A stretch of DNA of 64,000 nucleotides from contig JADIIX010000057.1 in the NCBI GenBank assembly GCA_027604505.1, positions 1 to 64,000 of the forward strand, given 5' to 3'. Positions 50,085-61,445 of this stretch are shown one piece after another (position 1 is the stretch's first letter; each line of letters begins with the position of its first letter). Source of the stretch: Gonapodya sp. JEL0774 (taxonomy: Eukaryota). Both the position numbers and the translations under genes were made by a program. Below the pieces are notes generated by a model. The model had not been told where the DNA came from. It did no database searches and saw only the letters and a list, made by a program, of their open reading frames with translations.

Positions 50085-53000
50085 TTATCTTCCAAACCGC
50101 CCAAACAGCCCTCCCCTTTTCTCCTTCTCGCTAGGTGGAGTCGGCGACATTGCTGAAGGCCTTGGTGCTCCCGGGGCCTGTGATTGTTGCTGCCCCGCTC
50201 CCATTGCTCCCGTTTGACCAGCTTGTTGCTGTTGTTGCACCGGCTGCATCTGCACCTGCTGCATCTGAGCCTGCTGCATTTGCGCCTGCTGCATTTGCGC
50301 CTGCTGCATCTGTGCGAGACGCTGCGCATTCCAGGCCTCCCAGCGACGTTGCGCCTCCTCTGGGCTCAGTTGCTCCTGCGGAGGCCCATTGGGTATCTGA
50401 TTTTGATTCACAACGGGAACGGTACCAGACGGTCTAAATTGCGGTTGCTGAGATTGCATCTGCAATCCAGGTTGCCCAAATTGTTGAGGAGTCATCTGGG
50501 CAACAGGCGACCCACCCCACTGTTGCTGCATGCTCCCATACGCTTGTTGTCCAGGGGGTCCAGGGGGTCCAGGGGCGAATTGCTGTTGTGCGGGCTGGCC
50601 AGCAGATGGTGGGCCATTCCATGGTGCTGTTGGTCCCTGAGGGTACATCTGGTGTCCTTGAGGCAATTGTCCGTACTGAGGTTGACCGTTCGGTCCAATC
50701 TGTTGGTGTCCGTACATTTGCTGTCCCATTTGCTGCGGGTATTGGCCTGGCCCGGAGTGCCATTGCTGTGGCGATTCTGTTGATGGTTGTACCCCTTGTT
50801 GCATACCCGGCGTTGGATAGGGAGTCGCCTGTTGTGGTTGGGGAGTGGGAGAAGTTGAAGGTTGGGATAGCAATCGTCGGAAGGGATTGAAGAGCTGGAA
50901 GACCCTTCGATATTGGTGATAGGAAGGGAACGTGTTGATGTCAGGATTTGCCACTAAGTTGCAGAAACAGATGAAACTGGGAAGTCAGAGGCAACAGGGC
51001 AGAAGAATGAAACATAATCTGTCATAAGTACCTCTAGTGAAGAGTGTCTCGCGAATAGCGTCTAGTGCAGTTTCCACCGTTTCGGCAATCTCACTTCGGC
51101 GAACATCGTCCACATCTCCAGGAGGACGACGAGGATTCGAAAGAGCAGCGATATTCCATTCTTTCACAAGACCTTCAATATGTGGTAAAACTATGGTGAG
51201 TAAAACGTTCCAGAAGTGAACGTTAATGGGGTGCGGGTAACGGTATTCCTGAACCTGACCGGATGTGCCCAGATCAGACGCAAACTGTGGCAACACATTC
51301 ACGAGCTTATGATCGACTGTGAGTAATTGATGGTTATTATCAATAGGATGTGGAATCGACGCAAAAACGAGCAATTGGTCAAGCATACCTGCAAACTTGC
51401 CAATTGATCGATCAAGGTCTCCATTCACGGTCGCCATGACTTTTTGGATGTAGTCTTTGACAGTTCGGAATAAATCCTCCCCATATTTGTTTGTGGAGAT
51501 ATCCGGAAGCGCGAGCAGTTTGATCGACCGTACGAGCTGGAAATTCATGTACTGTGTTGTTTGTTCCGTAAGGTCGCGAATTCCTTCCTTGAGACTGAGA
51601 TTAAGGACTTGCTTGCCATGTTGAATCCAAAAATCGATTTCTTCGTCGAACTAAAGCATCGTATACGGAGAATTGACGAGATCACAAACAATGTTCAAAC
51701 TTTATGGCACACTCACCCTTGGTTCTTTATCTGCATTGATCCGCTCAGCTCTCACGAGCAAACCTTCACTTTGGTCTTCGGTAAGAGCAAGGTCCTTTTC
51801 TTGGGGCATGAAGGTGTCTAACCCCTTGACAGGGATCTTCCATCCTAGCCTTGTTTTGGAGGACTGGTTGAGGCTGCCTATCGATTTTTGCTTGTCACTC
51901 AGACTAGTGAAGCTGCCCACAGCATCGTCGGCCAAGAAACCAAGAACAAGGTTGACACGGCCAACCTGCTGTTTAGCTGTATTCGAATTCTCGTCCGCCA
52001 CGGCGAAGACAATCAAATCCAATTCTGCGAAAGGGTGGTCCGCGAAAACTGGCAGTTTTATGGTTTCTTTCCATGATGCTTCCGCGCCAATAACACCATC
52101 GCAGACCAGACCTTTAACAGCCTTCGTGGTATGAAGTTCGTAAAAGGTCTCGTCACCCTCCTTGACAGCAGTCCATGGATTAGAAGAGTCTCCCTTCAAA
52201 GCGACAGACCGCATCTGTTCCTGCCACAAAGCGCGATTCCGGTACTCTCCACTCATCCTGACTTTGACGAAATACTTCCATTCCACGCTTTGACCTTCTA
52301 GAGCACTCTTGGGAATGTCAAGATCCTTAGCCCGAATTATGTGCAACACGTACGTCGGAGGGAATGCTGGGAAGGGAACTTCCAATGGATCGTCGGGCTC
52401 AAATATGGGATTTTGGCGAAGAGGCGGTTGAGAGTTCAGTGTGTTGAGCGAGGACCCAAAGTCTTCAAGACGACGTGCGCTCTCATTGATATTATTCAGA
52501 CGAACACAAGTCTTGAGGTTTGGACGGGTGCGGGGATCAACTTCTATTCAGCGCTTTTCTCACGGAAACGGCCAGCTCACCTCTTGGGCCACATCGCACG
52601 GATACGATCCGAGTCCTTGCGCCTCAATTACTTGTTGTTTCTCGTCAAAGCTTTTCAGAATCTCCCGAGCATATATGGACGACGCTTTATCTGCAATCTT
52701 CGCAAGCCGCGCGAGAAGGCGTCTCCTCGTCTTGCGGTCAACAAGGCGAAGGTCCCCGATAAAGTCCAATGACTGGCTAAGGACTGCAAACGCGTCGTTT
52801 GGTGATGTGGAGCTGAGGTTCACCAGAGGCTGTACGCCGGACTCGGAAGTTACTGCTGAAGGAGGAGTTGAGGGTTGCAACTGCCCCGAACAAGATGTTG
52901 TTAAGCAAGGACGAGCATTTTGGAGAAAAGGTCCTTTCAACAAGAGAAAACTGACCTTGTCATCTGCGATCACATTCTGCACCCATTTCTCGACAGTCGC

Positions 53001-56000
53001 ATCAACCAATCCAATCCATTTTTTGATGAAGGGGTCCAACCATTTGTGAAGCTCAAAGTCCATTCTAGTAGGTCTAGCGATTGTTGTCTCGCTTTCTGCC
53101 ATGGACTTTCCTGTTGAATCTCCACCATCATTTGCTGGTTGATTGTTCAGACCATTCGGCTGGTTAGTTGGAGTGGAAGGCGATGTTGTGCCAACGAGAC
53201 CAAGCCTCTTGACAGTGTCATAAAGAATTTGGATTATGCTGAAGAGCTCCTTCGTTTCGGCGTTTGTGCTATTCATATCCGTGCAGGTTGTGCGTGTGTG
53301 GTCAAATTATGCATGCGTTGGGTCAGCAATATAGCTTATGCAGACAGACTTACAGATCTGTTCGAGACAAAGAGTCCATGAAACGCGCTTTCTCCATTTC
53401 TGTGAGGAACATGTCTCGATATAGATATGTCACAGCGACTTCTTGCGAAGATATTTCACTATAAAGATACTCGAAATGAGTGTTCTCCATCTCTTTTTGC
53501 CAACGGAGAGGTTCACAAATATTATCGCGGGAACTCACCCAATAATCTTTGTCGGCCATCTTTCCGCAATCGTGTCCAATTCTCTCTTAATCAGAGTGCC
53601 AAGCTTAGACAATTTGTCCAACCTCTTGATGATCTCAGACCCGTCACCGACTTCTGTGGGTGTAGGCTCCGCGCTCCACCTGTTGTATACCCTGTGCGAT
53701 CTTTCGTAAAGCGCCTCGACCAGGGCCATCTCAACTCGTTGTGTCGGCGTCCTCTGAGGTTTCCTACCGGGCAAGTTGGGCGCTGGTCTTGGTAAGAGTT
53801 CGTCTGAATAAATGGAGAGGAGAACTCTTGCATAGTCTTCAACTGAATATCCCTGACCGTTTGCAAAGTATGCAAGTTGAATCCGAGATTTGAGGGCAGG
53901 CTCTGAAGTGAGCAGAAGTGTCTGATACACGTTAACCGCAATCTTGGGACCTTGAATATTTAACAAGATTTTGGATGTTTCAGCAAGGTGCTGCGAAAAC
54001 AGAGGCAAGGGAAACGCCAGCGGCAGCGACTGCGCAGGGAGCTCCGTTCCTACTTCGTCTGCCTGCGCCGCGGCAGATATGGTGATGAGGCCAACTCGCC
54101 CACAAGCGTCCACTATGGATTGGAGCAAGCAAATGTTGCGATATGAAGTCGGGATGTGCCACCGCTCGGCGCACTCGGTCAGGAGTTGTGTGGAAAGGTT
54201 AGAGAGACCAGTGGAGGGGTGCTTTGGAATATCGTGAACGACGCACGTCGAGACGAGGAAGCGATATGCAGTGTAAGGGTCGGGTGGAATAAAAGGGGAG
54301 GAAGGAGGTCCAGTGGGGGGGTCCAAGGGCTAACGAGAGGACAATTGTGCAGAACAGAAATCATGAACACTCCACGTCTGACTCAGTCACCGTCTCACTC
54401 TCTCCACTTTCTGCACTCACTCCCGTGTTCTCTGCACCACCAAAACTTGCCAGCCAAGCATTGACCTTCGCCTCTTCACGAATAACCCATCGCTGCCACG
54501 CCTCCTCAGAGGTGAAGGATGACGGCTGCGCCCACTCGAATCCTGTTCCGGTGCGAAGATGTCCATGCTCGAGACGCGCGCGGAGATCCAGGAGAACAGT
54601 CTTGATCAGGGGAACGGCGATAATCAATGGTGAGCTCTGCACTTATGCGCGCAAAGGATGATATTGCTTGAAAGGCCCAGTAAGGGCCGCCTTACCTTTT
54701 TCGCAGCCTTCTTGTTGCCGACCCTCACCGCCTCGTTGTGTACATCTCTTTCGATCCCGAACACCACCCTTAACCAATCTGGCATCTTCACACCCATACC
54801 ATCCCCAACATCCACCCCCCTCGCATCCACCACAAACGGCAACAAAAGAGCCTGATAACCTGCCACCTCTGGGTGAGTGGCCAGGGGCACAGTCATGGTG
54901 TGGAATGTGGGACCAGACCCCGGTACGGAGGAGGGGTCGACGATGGGCACGGTCGTGACACCGACGGCATTGACTTGCTCGCACGCGCTCTTGAACTCGT
55001 TCATGGCGATATTCATAACCTGTAAGATGAGCCAATCCCTCTGCACGGGTTGGGCCTCAGGGTACACAAGCCCGACCTGCTTCTGACACATAGAAGTCAC
55101 CAAATGCAGCAAATCTCTGAAAGATGACACAGGTGAACCAGCTCCACCACCTCCACTCGGCTGTGTGGACAAATTCGGGGCGGAGCCACCCGGCCCCGCC
55201 CCGGGCACGGGACTTGGTCCACCGGCAACCATGGACATCCTCATGTCCACACTCGAGTCCCTGCTGTGTCTGTGGTGTTCGTGGCTCGGACTGGGTGGTG
55301 CACTCAAAGATTCGGCGTGTTTCGCCTCAGGTTTTCCCCTCAGAGTACCGAACAATCTTCGAATTCCGGTGTTCTTCTCCGGAGGCGCACCAGCAGCTGC
55401 CCCACCACTCGCCTGAGGTGACGCCGGTGGTGACGCTGTCTTATCGTCACCCTTGTTGCCCCCAATTCCAAACAAACCCCCGCCCGACTTCGCCACAGGT
55501 TCTGGGCCCACGTCCAAAACGGGCACCAACCCCTCCGAAGTCTTCACAAACACCAAACTCTCGGGTCTATCCTGGGGGATCGTCTTTGCGAGATCGCTGA
55601 TTCGCTTTCGGAACTGACGGGTCACGGAGCTGGGGATCTGCACCGAGGGAGGAGCAGCGAGGTTGTAGGTCAAGGGATGTAACGCGCAGGCCAGCGCATA
55701 CGTGTACGGTGTGGTCCTATCCACCGGTGCAGGCATGGTCGCGGTACGCGCGGGAATGACAACCCCCCCAGGTTGAGACGCGGACGGTCCCGCAGGGTCC
55801 ATAGTTGTGGGGAGACTGCCGCTGGGGTCATCACCGGTCGGCGGTGGCACGGGTGCAGGCCGCATAGCGCTGTCCATCATCTGCATTTGCGCGGTGCCAG
55901 TGGAGGTCATGGAGGTGTCTGGGGGTGGGAATTGCACGGTGGCTGTCCCCATAGGGGATGAACCCATACCCGCACCCATTCCCATTCCTAGTTTCCCGTC

Positions 56001-57227
56001 TCCCACTCGCTCGTCATCCTTGCCATCCTTCGACTCTCTTGCTGCCTCTCCCTCGCCCATGAACCTCAGCACTCCATCTTTATCTCTTGTTGCCTCGATA
56101 AAGTACTGCGCGTCGCCACCGGCCTTTGGTCCTCCCATTGCCATTCCCGTTCCCATCCCCATACCCGTCCCCATCCCCATACCCCCTTCTGCTGACCGGG
56201 CCAACCCCTGCCCCATCTGACCCCCTTCAACCACGGCCTCTCCCACGACCTCCCCGTAGCTGCTGGCATGCCTCGCTGGACCCATATGAATCTCCGCAGT
56301 TTGCGCCTGCGGTCCCGCGTACCCCATGCCCGACACGGTGGCTGTGCCACTGGTGACGCTGGTGCTGGCCCCTGTGGTGGCTGAGGCCGCGGAAGGTGGT
56401 GGAGAGATTGGGGATTCGTACATGGCGGCACCACCCCCGACACCACGCGGAGGCCATGGTTGGGATTGAGCGTGGGTTGGGGAGGGGGGTTGTGGATGGG
56501 ATGTGGAGGGAGCGATGGGTTGTTGGTAGTAAGGAGGTTGGGTCTGGGCCATTGGCATGGGGCTTGGAGACCTGACTTCACCGCCCCATGTTGACATGTA
56601 AGGCGTGCTTGTAGTTGTAAGGGAGGGGGACGAGGTGAGGGATCCGTTGGCGGGTGGGGGTGGAGGAGCAGCCATCATGGAAGTGTATGGCACGTTCTGG
56701 GTCTGAGGTGGAGGCTGGGACATGAACGCTGGAGCGGAGGTCGATTGGCCAGAAGGGGTCATAGACTGGCCCATTTCTCCCATATTTTGCCCCGTGTGGC
56801 CCATCTGACCCATCTGGTGCCCAGTTTGACCGATCGAACCCATCTGCTGCCCTGTTTGGCCCATCTGACCCATGTACGAAGTGTGGTCTACCATTTGATT
56901 GGCCCCGCCAAATGGAGGCTGTCTGGGCCCTCTCAACTGATCCTGTCCATACGCTGCGGGGGAAGCAGGGGGCGTTGCAGAGGTGTACTGAGAGTAGGAG
57001 GGTTGCTGGACGGGTTGAGGAGGTTGCGGCTGAGAGTCGTATGATTTAGGGTAGGAGTAAGCTGTAGGAGGTGTGGGCTGGGGGGGAGACTGGGTAGGGG
57101 GGCCTGCCTGAGGGGGTGCGGGTTTAGGAGGTTCTTTGGTGTGGGCAGGTGGTTCGAAGGTGTCCTGATCATCGTCTTCCTCCAGGAGACCATACATGAA
57201 GGAGAGGTCGGGGCCACGAGCAGCCAT
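50085..57227 (-). CDS. Munc13-like MUN/C2 protein, paralog C, with Pro/Gln/Met/Gly-rich N-terminal and Gln-rich C-terminal extensions
   Basis: SSFTSEEAWQRWVIRE; FIPPDPYTAYRFL…ECAERWHIP; LDPFIKKWI…KWVQNVIADD; LLARLAKIADKASSIY; central C2 TYVLHIIRAKDL; C-terminal helices ending YHQYRRVFQLF. Confidence 0.82.
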
Positions 57228-58671
57228 GGCGATAATTTTTTTTTGAGTAGGGATACGGTTAGGTGGGGTCGTGATCGTAACTGGGGGATAAGAGGTGTTC
57301 AGAAAGAGGCGGGAGCGTGATGAAAATGGTAATACGTCAATTGCACAACGAAAAGTCTTTTGATTCGGGATCGGATCGAGAGAGGTGGGAAGTGCCAGAC
57401 GATATTTCGGGTGTGTGCAAGGAACGACGGACCACCGTGAGTGGAACAACCCGGCACAAACGCCCATCGTGTTCATCCGTGTCCCTGGGAACAAAACCTG
57501 CATGTCTGCGTCCACGTATCCGCTGTGCTTTGTGTCTCGATTGCGCTGCTCGGGTTCTCGTCTTCTCCACCCAGAACGTGCACTCTTCACCCGCTGCGCT
57601 CCCACCACCAACATCGCTCACTTCCTCCAACCTGCTTTCCTGTCCTTCTTTCCCGTCTCCCCTCCCCCGCTCCCACCCCACCGGCCTCCAGCTTCCTGGC
57701 CCTCTGTCCAGTCATTTCCCCACCCTCAGACTAATCGACAATTCCCACTCCCTCGCTCACCTTCTCCTTATCCCTGTGCCTTTTCCTCTCGCTCTCGCTC
57801 AATCGTTTGTGTTCCCCTCCCGTCTACTTCGGATTCACCTTCGCTTCTCTCGGTATCGGTGTCCCCAACGAGGACTCTGCCGTTCCTCGGATCCCAGCTC
57901 AAATGTCAAGCCCCCCCCATCAGCACAGCCTCCAAATATGCCTCCCTAAAAATATCATCCATCCCATTCATTTGAGTTATTCTACGTATTCGGTAAATTC
58001 ACAAGTTATTTCATCCGATTTACTCTTCCAGTTGTCGCGGCTCCGTGATGAGATTCTCCCGTTTTTGCGATGTAACTCCCTTTGCATTCACACATATGTA
58101 CACGAGTGTACAAAATATCCACCAACTCCCCAGTCTTTCACTCTGAGGCGCCCAACAACCCCCCAGTAACAGCACCTGCGCTGCGGAAGCGTGTTCTGTC
58201 ATTCCCTGCCGCTTCCGTCTGTTGTGTTCACACCTGGAACTGTTCAGCCGTGTCAGTTTTCCGACTCTCAAGAGAAGATAATCCCCTGTTCGATCCTCGT
58301 TCAGTTATCATATAATACTGTATACAGTCCCAACTTCAAAGCACATTGTCCTACCACTCCTTCATCGTCCACAAACAAAAGGCACTTATCTCGTAGAAGC
58401 AGAAACCGCCATGGAGAGCAGCAAAGTGACAAAAAAAAAAAAAAGGAACAGCGAAAGCTTTTCACACTCATACCATGGATGCGAGTGCATTCTACGCATT
58501 TATCAATTCTCGGTTTTTCATAAGGACTGGCGTTGAAACTTGTCACATTTGCAAGAATGGCGGGCTACATATTGCTCTTACCATAGAGTTGTGTTGTCCC
58601 GAGAACAGACGTCGTGCGTGGTGTTGAGCGTTCATGAAGGAGTGTGACGATTGACCCCCCCACAAAACGCA

Positions 58672-59250
58672 ATGCTGCCAATCGTGCACTCCATCTTCCA
58701 CGTCCTCACGCCCGCATCTAGCAGCTTACCGGGTTTTATGGCACCTGCCAAGCTGGTTAGGGGATTGGCAACGTGGACGATTGGAAGAGGAAATGCTATT
58801 GCAAATTCTAGCACGGGCACGGAGCGACGCTCGCCGACACGAGCGTCATGCCCCCCTGGACGACCAGTAGACTCGCTGCGATCCGCATCGTCCTCATCTC
58901 CATCCTCTTCGTCCTCCGACCCGTCCGACCCCACCACAGTTCCCCAAACCTCGACCACCCAAACTTCTCCCTATACACACTACGCCGTCACTCTCACTCG
59001 CTCCCTCATCGGCGTGCCCCATCCTATAGCCGCTCTCGCACACCGTCTCAACCTTCGGCGCCGTATGAAGACTGTGTACCTCCCCATACAACCGTCCGTT
59101 GCAGGTCAGATTCTCAAACTGAAGGAGATCGTCAAAGTTGAGAATGTCAGCTACGTACCAACCAATAGGGAGGTTAATGAGGCGAGGAAGTTCAGGAAGG
59201 GTTACACGGTGGTGGGAAAGATGGTTGGGAGTAAGATTGTGGAAAAATAA
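58672..59250 (+). CDS. MRPL33: Mitochondrial large-subunit ribosomal protein uL30m (yeast MrpL33-like) with an N-terminal presequence-like extension
   Basis: HYAVTLTRSLIGVP…LNLRRRMKTVY…VAGQILKLKEIVKVE…RKFRKGYTV. Confidence 0.9.
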   Translation: MLPIVHSIFHVLTPASSSLPGFMAPAKLVRGLATWTIGRGNAIANSSTGTERRSPTRASCPPGRPVDSLRSASSSSPSSSSSDPSDPTTVPQTSTTQTSPYTHYAVTLTRSLIGVPHPIAALAHRLNLRRRMKTVYLPIQPSVAGQILKLKEIVKVENVSYVPTNREVNEARKFRKGYTVVGKMVGSKIVEK

Positions 59251-59668
59251 GGATTGGCCCACCGTGTCTCGATTGAAGCTGGAAGGATGGACGGCCGTCA
59301 ACGGGCTCTTGTGGCATATGGTAGTCTGGGTGTCGATTGACAATGACCCTCACTTCGATGCGGGACTAATTTCTCAGATGAGACGCTTGCTGTAGTATCT
59401 CAATGTATCGTAATCCCACGCCGCATCAAGGAAGAATCTGTCCCTATTGAAGAGTTAACTCAGAATTCTGGTCGCTGCTTTATTGTCCCGCCATGCCGGG
59501 TTCCCGTCCCCTCTTCGCACCTTCGCCTTCACCAACTTTCTCACACCAGGCCCTGGCGAAGATCGAAAATTACTGTATTCTCAGTTTCCATTCTCCACTT
59601 ACAAAACCTACATAACTTCCTGTTTCCTATCCATCTCTCTCTTTGAATCCACACCCACCGTAACAGCA

Positions 59669-60900
59669 ATGCGAACCTACGCTCCCCAACCCCTCACATT
59701 GATCCGCCCTGATCCCCGGCACTATGAAACTGACTATGAAGCGAGCTTCATGGATAAGAAGCCTGTGGTGCCAATGGAGGAACGGAGATTTATGCCAAAG
59801 GCTGGTTGTAACTCGGAGGTGCATATTGCTTCCGGTTGGTGGGGTGAGAATGGAAGAACAGAGCTGTGGATCTGAAAGTGCTTCGACCGGTGGGATTGAA
59901 TTGAGTTCAAGCACGAGCGACGGTGTATTGGACTGTCACAGAGAGAACCCGGCTAGCAAAATTGGAAAGTTCTCGTCATATGGGATACTGTGTCGGTAAC
60001 GATATTGGGACACGGACAGACCTGGGAACCAGGTGGAAATAACATGCATGACCTTTGGAACGAAGGACGAATATTCGCATGTGACCACTCAAGAATTTGT
60101 AACTCCGGACCCTTTTCTGATGGGCCAGTGGAAACCGTGCGAAAGCGATCACTTTTTGTTAGTTGACCTTCTGCCACTCATTCCATCCCATTCACTCCAG
60201 CCTGTAGACCTTGCAGCCCTCGACGCGGAAATTGCCACGGCCTTGAAACGTCTCGTGGCATCATCCTTTAAATCCACCTACGGAGAATCGTACGGGAAGC
60301 GTGGGTCCACTTTGCGGCTTGTTTACATCAGCTGAATCTTGCTCCATCAGAACTTCTCACATTTTTGCTCTGCATCGACTCCCTATAGCAGCTTCTACCT
60401 CCACCACACTCCCTCCCCTTCCTCCCACGAACCTCACCACCAACCACAGCCCCCATTACCAATTCCAACCCCGCCCCGACAGCCCTCACACCACGTCCCT
60501 CTCTCGCCACTGTTACACGGATCAAACTCACCTCAACCCTTCTCTTATTGATCCAACCCCGTTTCGACGCCGCCACCGTGTCTCTATCGACGGAGGCACT
60601 GTTCCTGGGAACATTCCCGTACCAAGGGAGGTGACGTCGACGTTTGTGAGGGATTTCTTGAGGCCTGAGACTGGCGTGAAGGTTGCAAAGGGGTCGTATG
60701 GGACAACGTACGGGGCACAGTTTGGGGAAAGAAGTTTGAAGTTAGAGGTCGGTGCCAAGATGCAGCCGCAACAGCAGCACGGTCGAGCGACGCCTAATAA
60801 CTCTGAATGGGGTGAGACAGAAGATGGGGAAGTTGAAAGCGGGGGCGATCGGATGGAGTACCGAACTGTCGTGCAGAAGGCATTCAAATATCGCAAGTGA
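59669..60900 (+). CDS. Putative axonemal microtubule-inner protein with Mn-motif-like repeats (multi-exon)
   Basis: Seven spaced short motifs: YETDYEASF, YSHVTTQEF, FKSTYGESY, TTSLSRHCY, VTSTFVRDF, YGTTYGAQF, YRTVVQKAF, separated by Pro-rich linkers. Confidence 0.55.
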
Positions 60901-61445
60901 GTTTCGGGTCGAGCTCTGGGCCAGGGTGAGATCACGAGATCTATCTACTGAAATTATACTCTTTTGTCCTGAATTCGTCGTGCAAGACCCACATGCATGT
61001 AATCAAAGTTTCAATATCTTGAGCGCCGTGAATCGGCATCGACCTATCACAGTACAGTGTTCCAGGATAATAGAAAACAATATAACTGTACCATACTACT
61101 ACTCATAGAACACAAAGTCCAGCCCTAACGCTCTGATGCTGGGGGACCTGTGGCACAGGCGCCGCCAGTCTATTCAAGAATAAATCTACGATACTTTAAT
61201 TCACAATTATTCACTTGACATTTACGATCTGAAAAGAGCCTTACTACACCGGGCCGGTATGCGGTACCGCTCGACATAGGTGCGGAACGCCAAAGGCTAA
61301 GTTCGCCACCAATCGGAAAACCAACAGTCCACTGGCTCTGATTTCGCCACACGTTCTTGCTCTTCCCTTTCTTTCGTTTCTCTGCTTTAACCGCTTTCGC
61401 CTCCACTTGACGGACCTCCTGCGTCAAATGACCTTCGTCACCGAT

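Noticed and set aside
57317..58560. ORFs and an A14 tract between paralog C and uL30m
   Set aside because: Pyrimidine-rich divergent promoter/UTR-like sequence; no target-site duplication or element body supporting a retroelement
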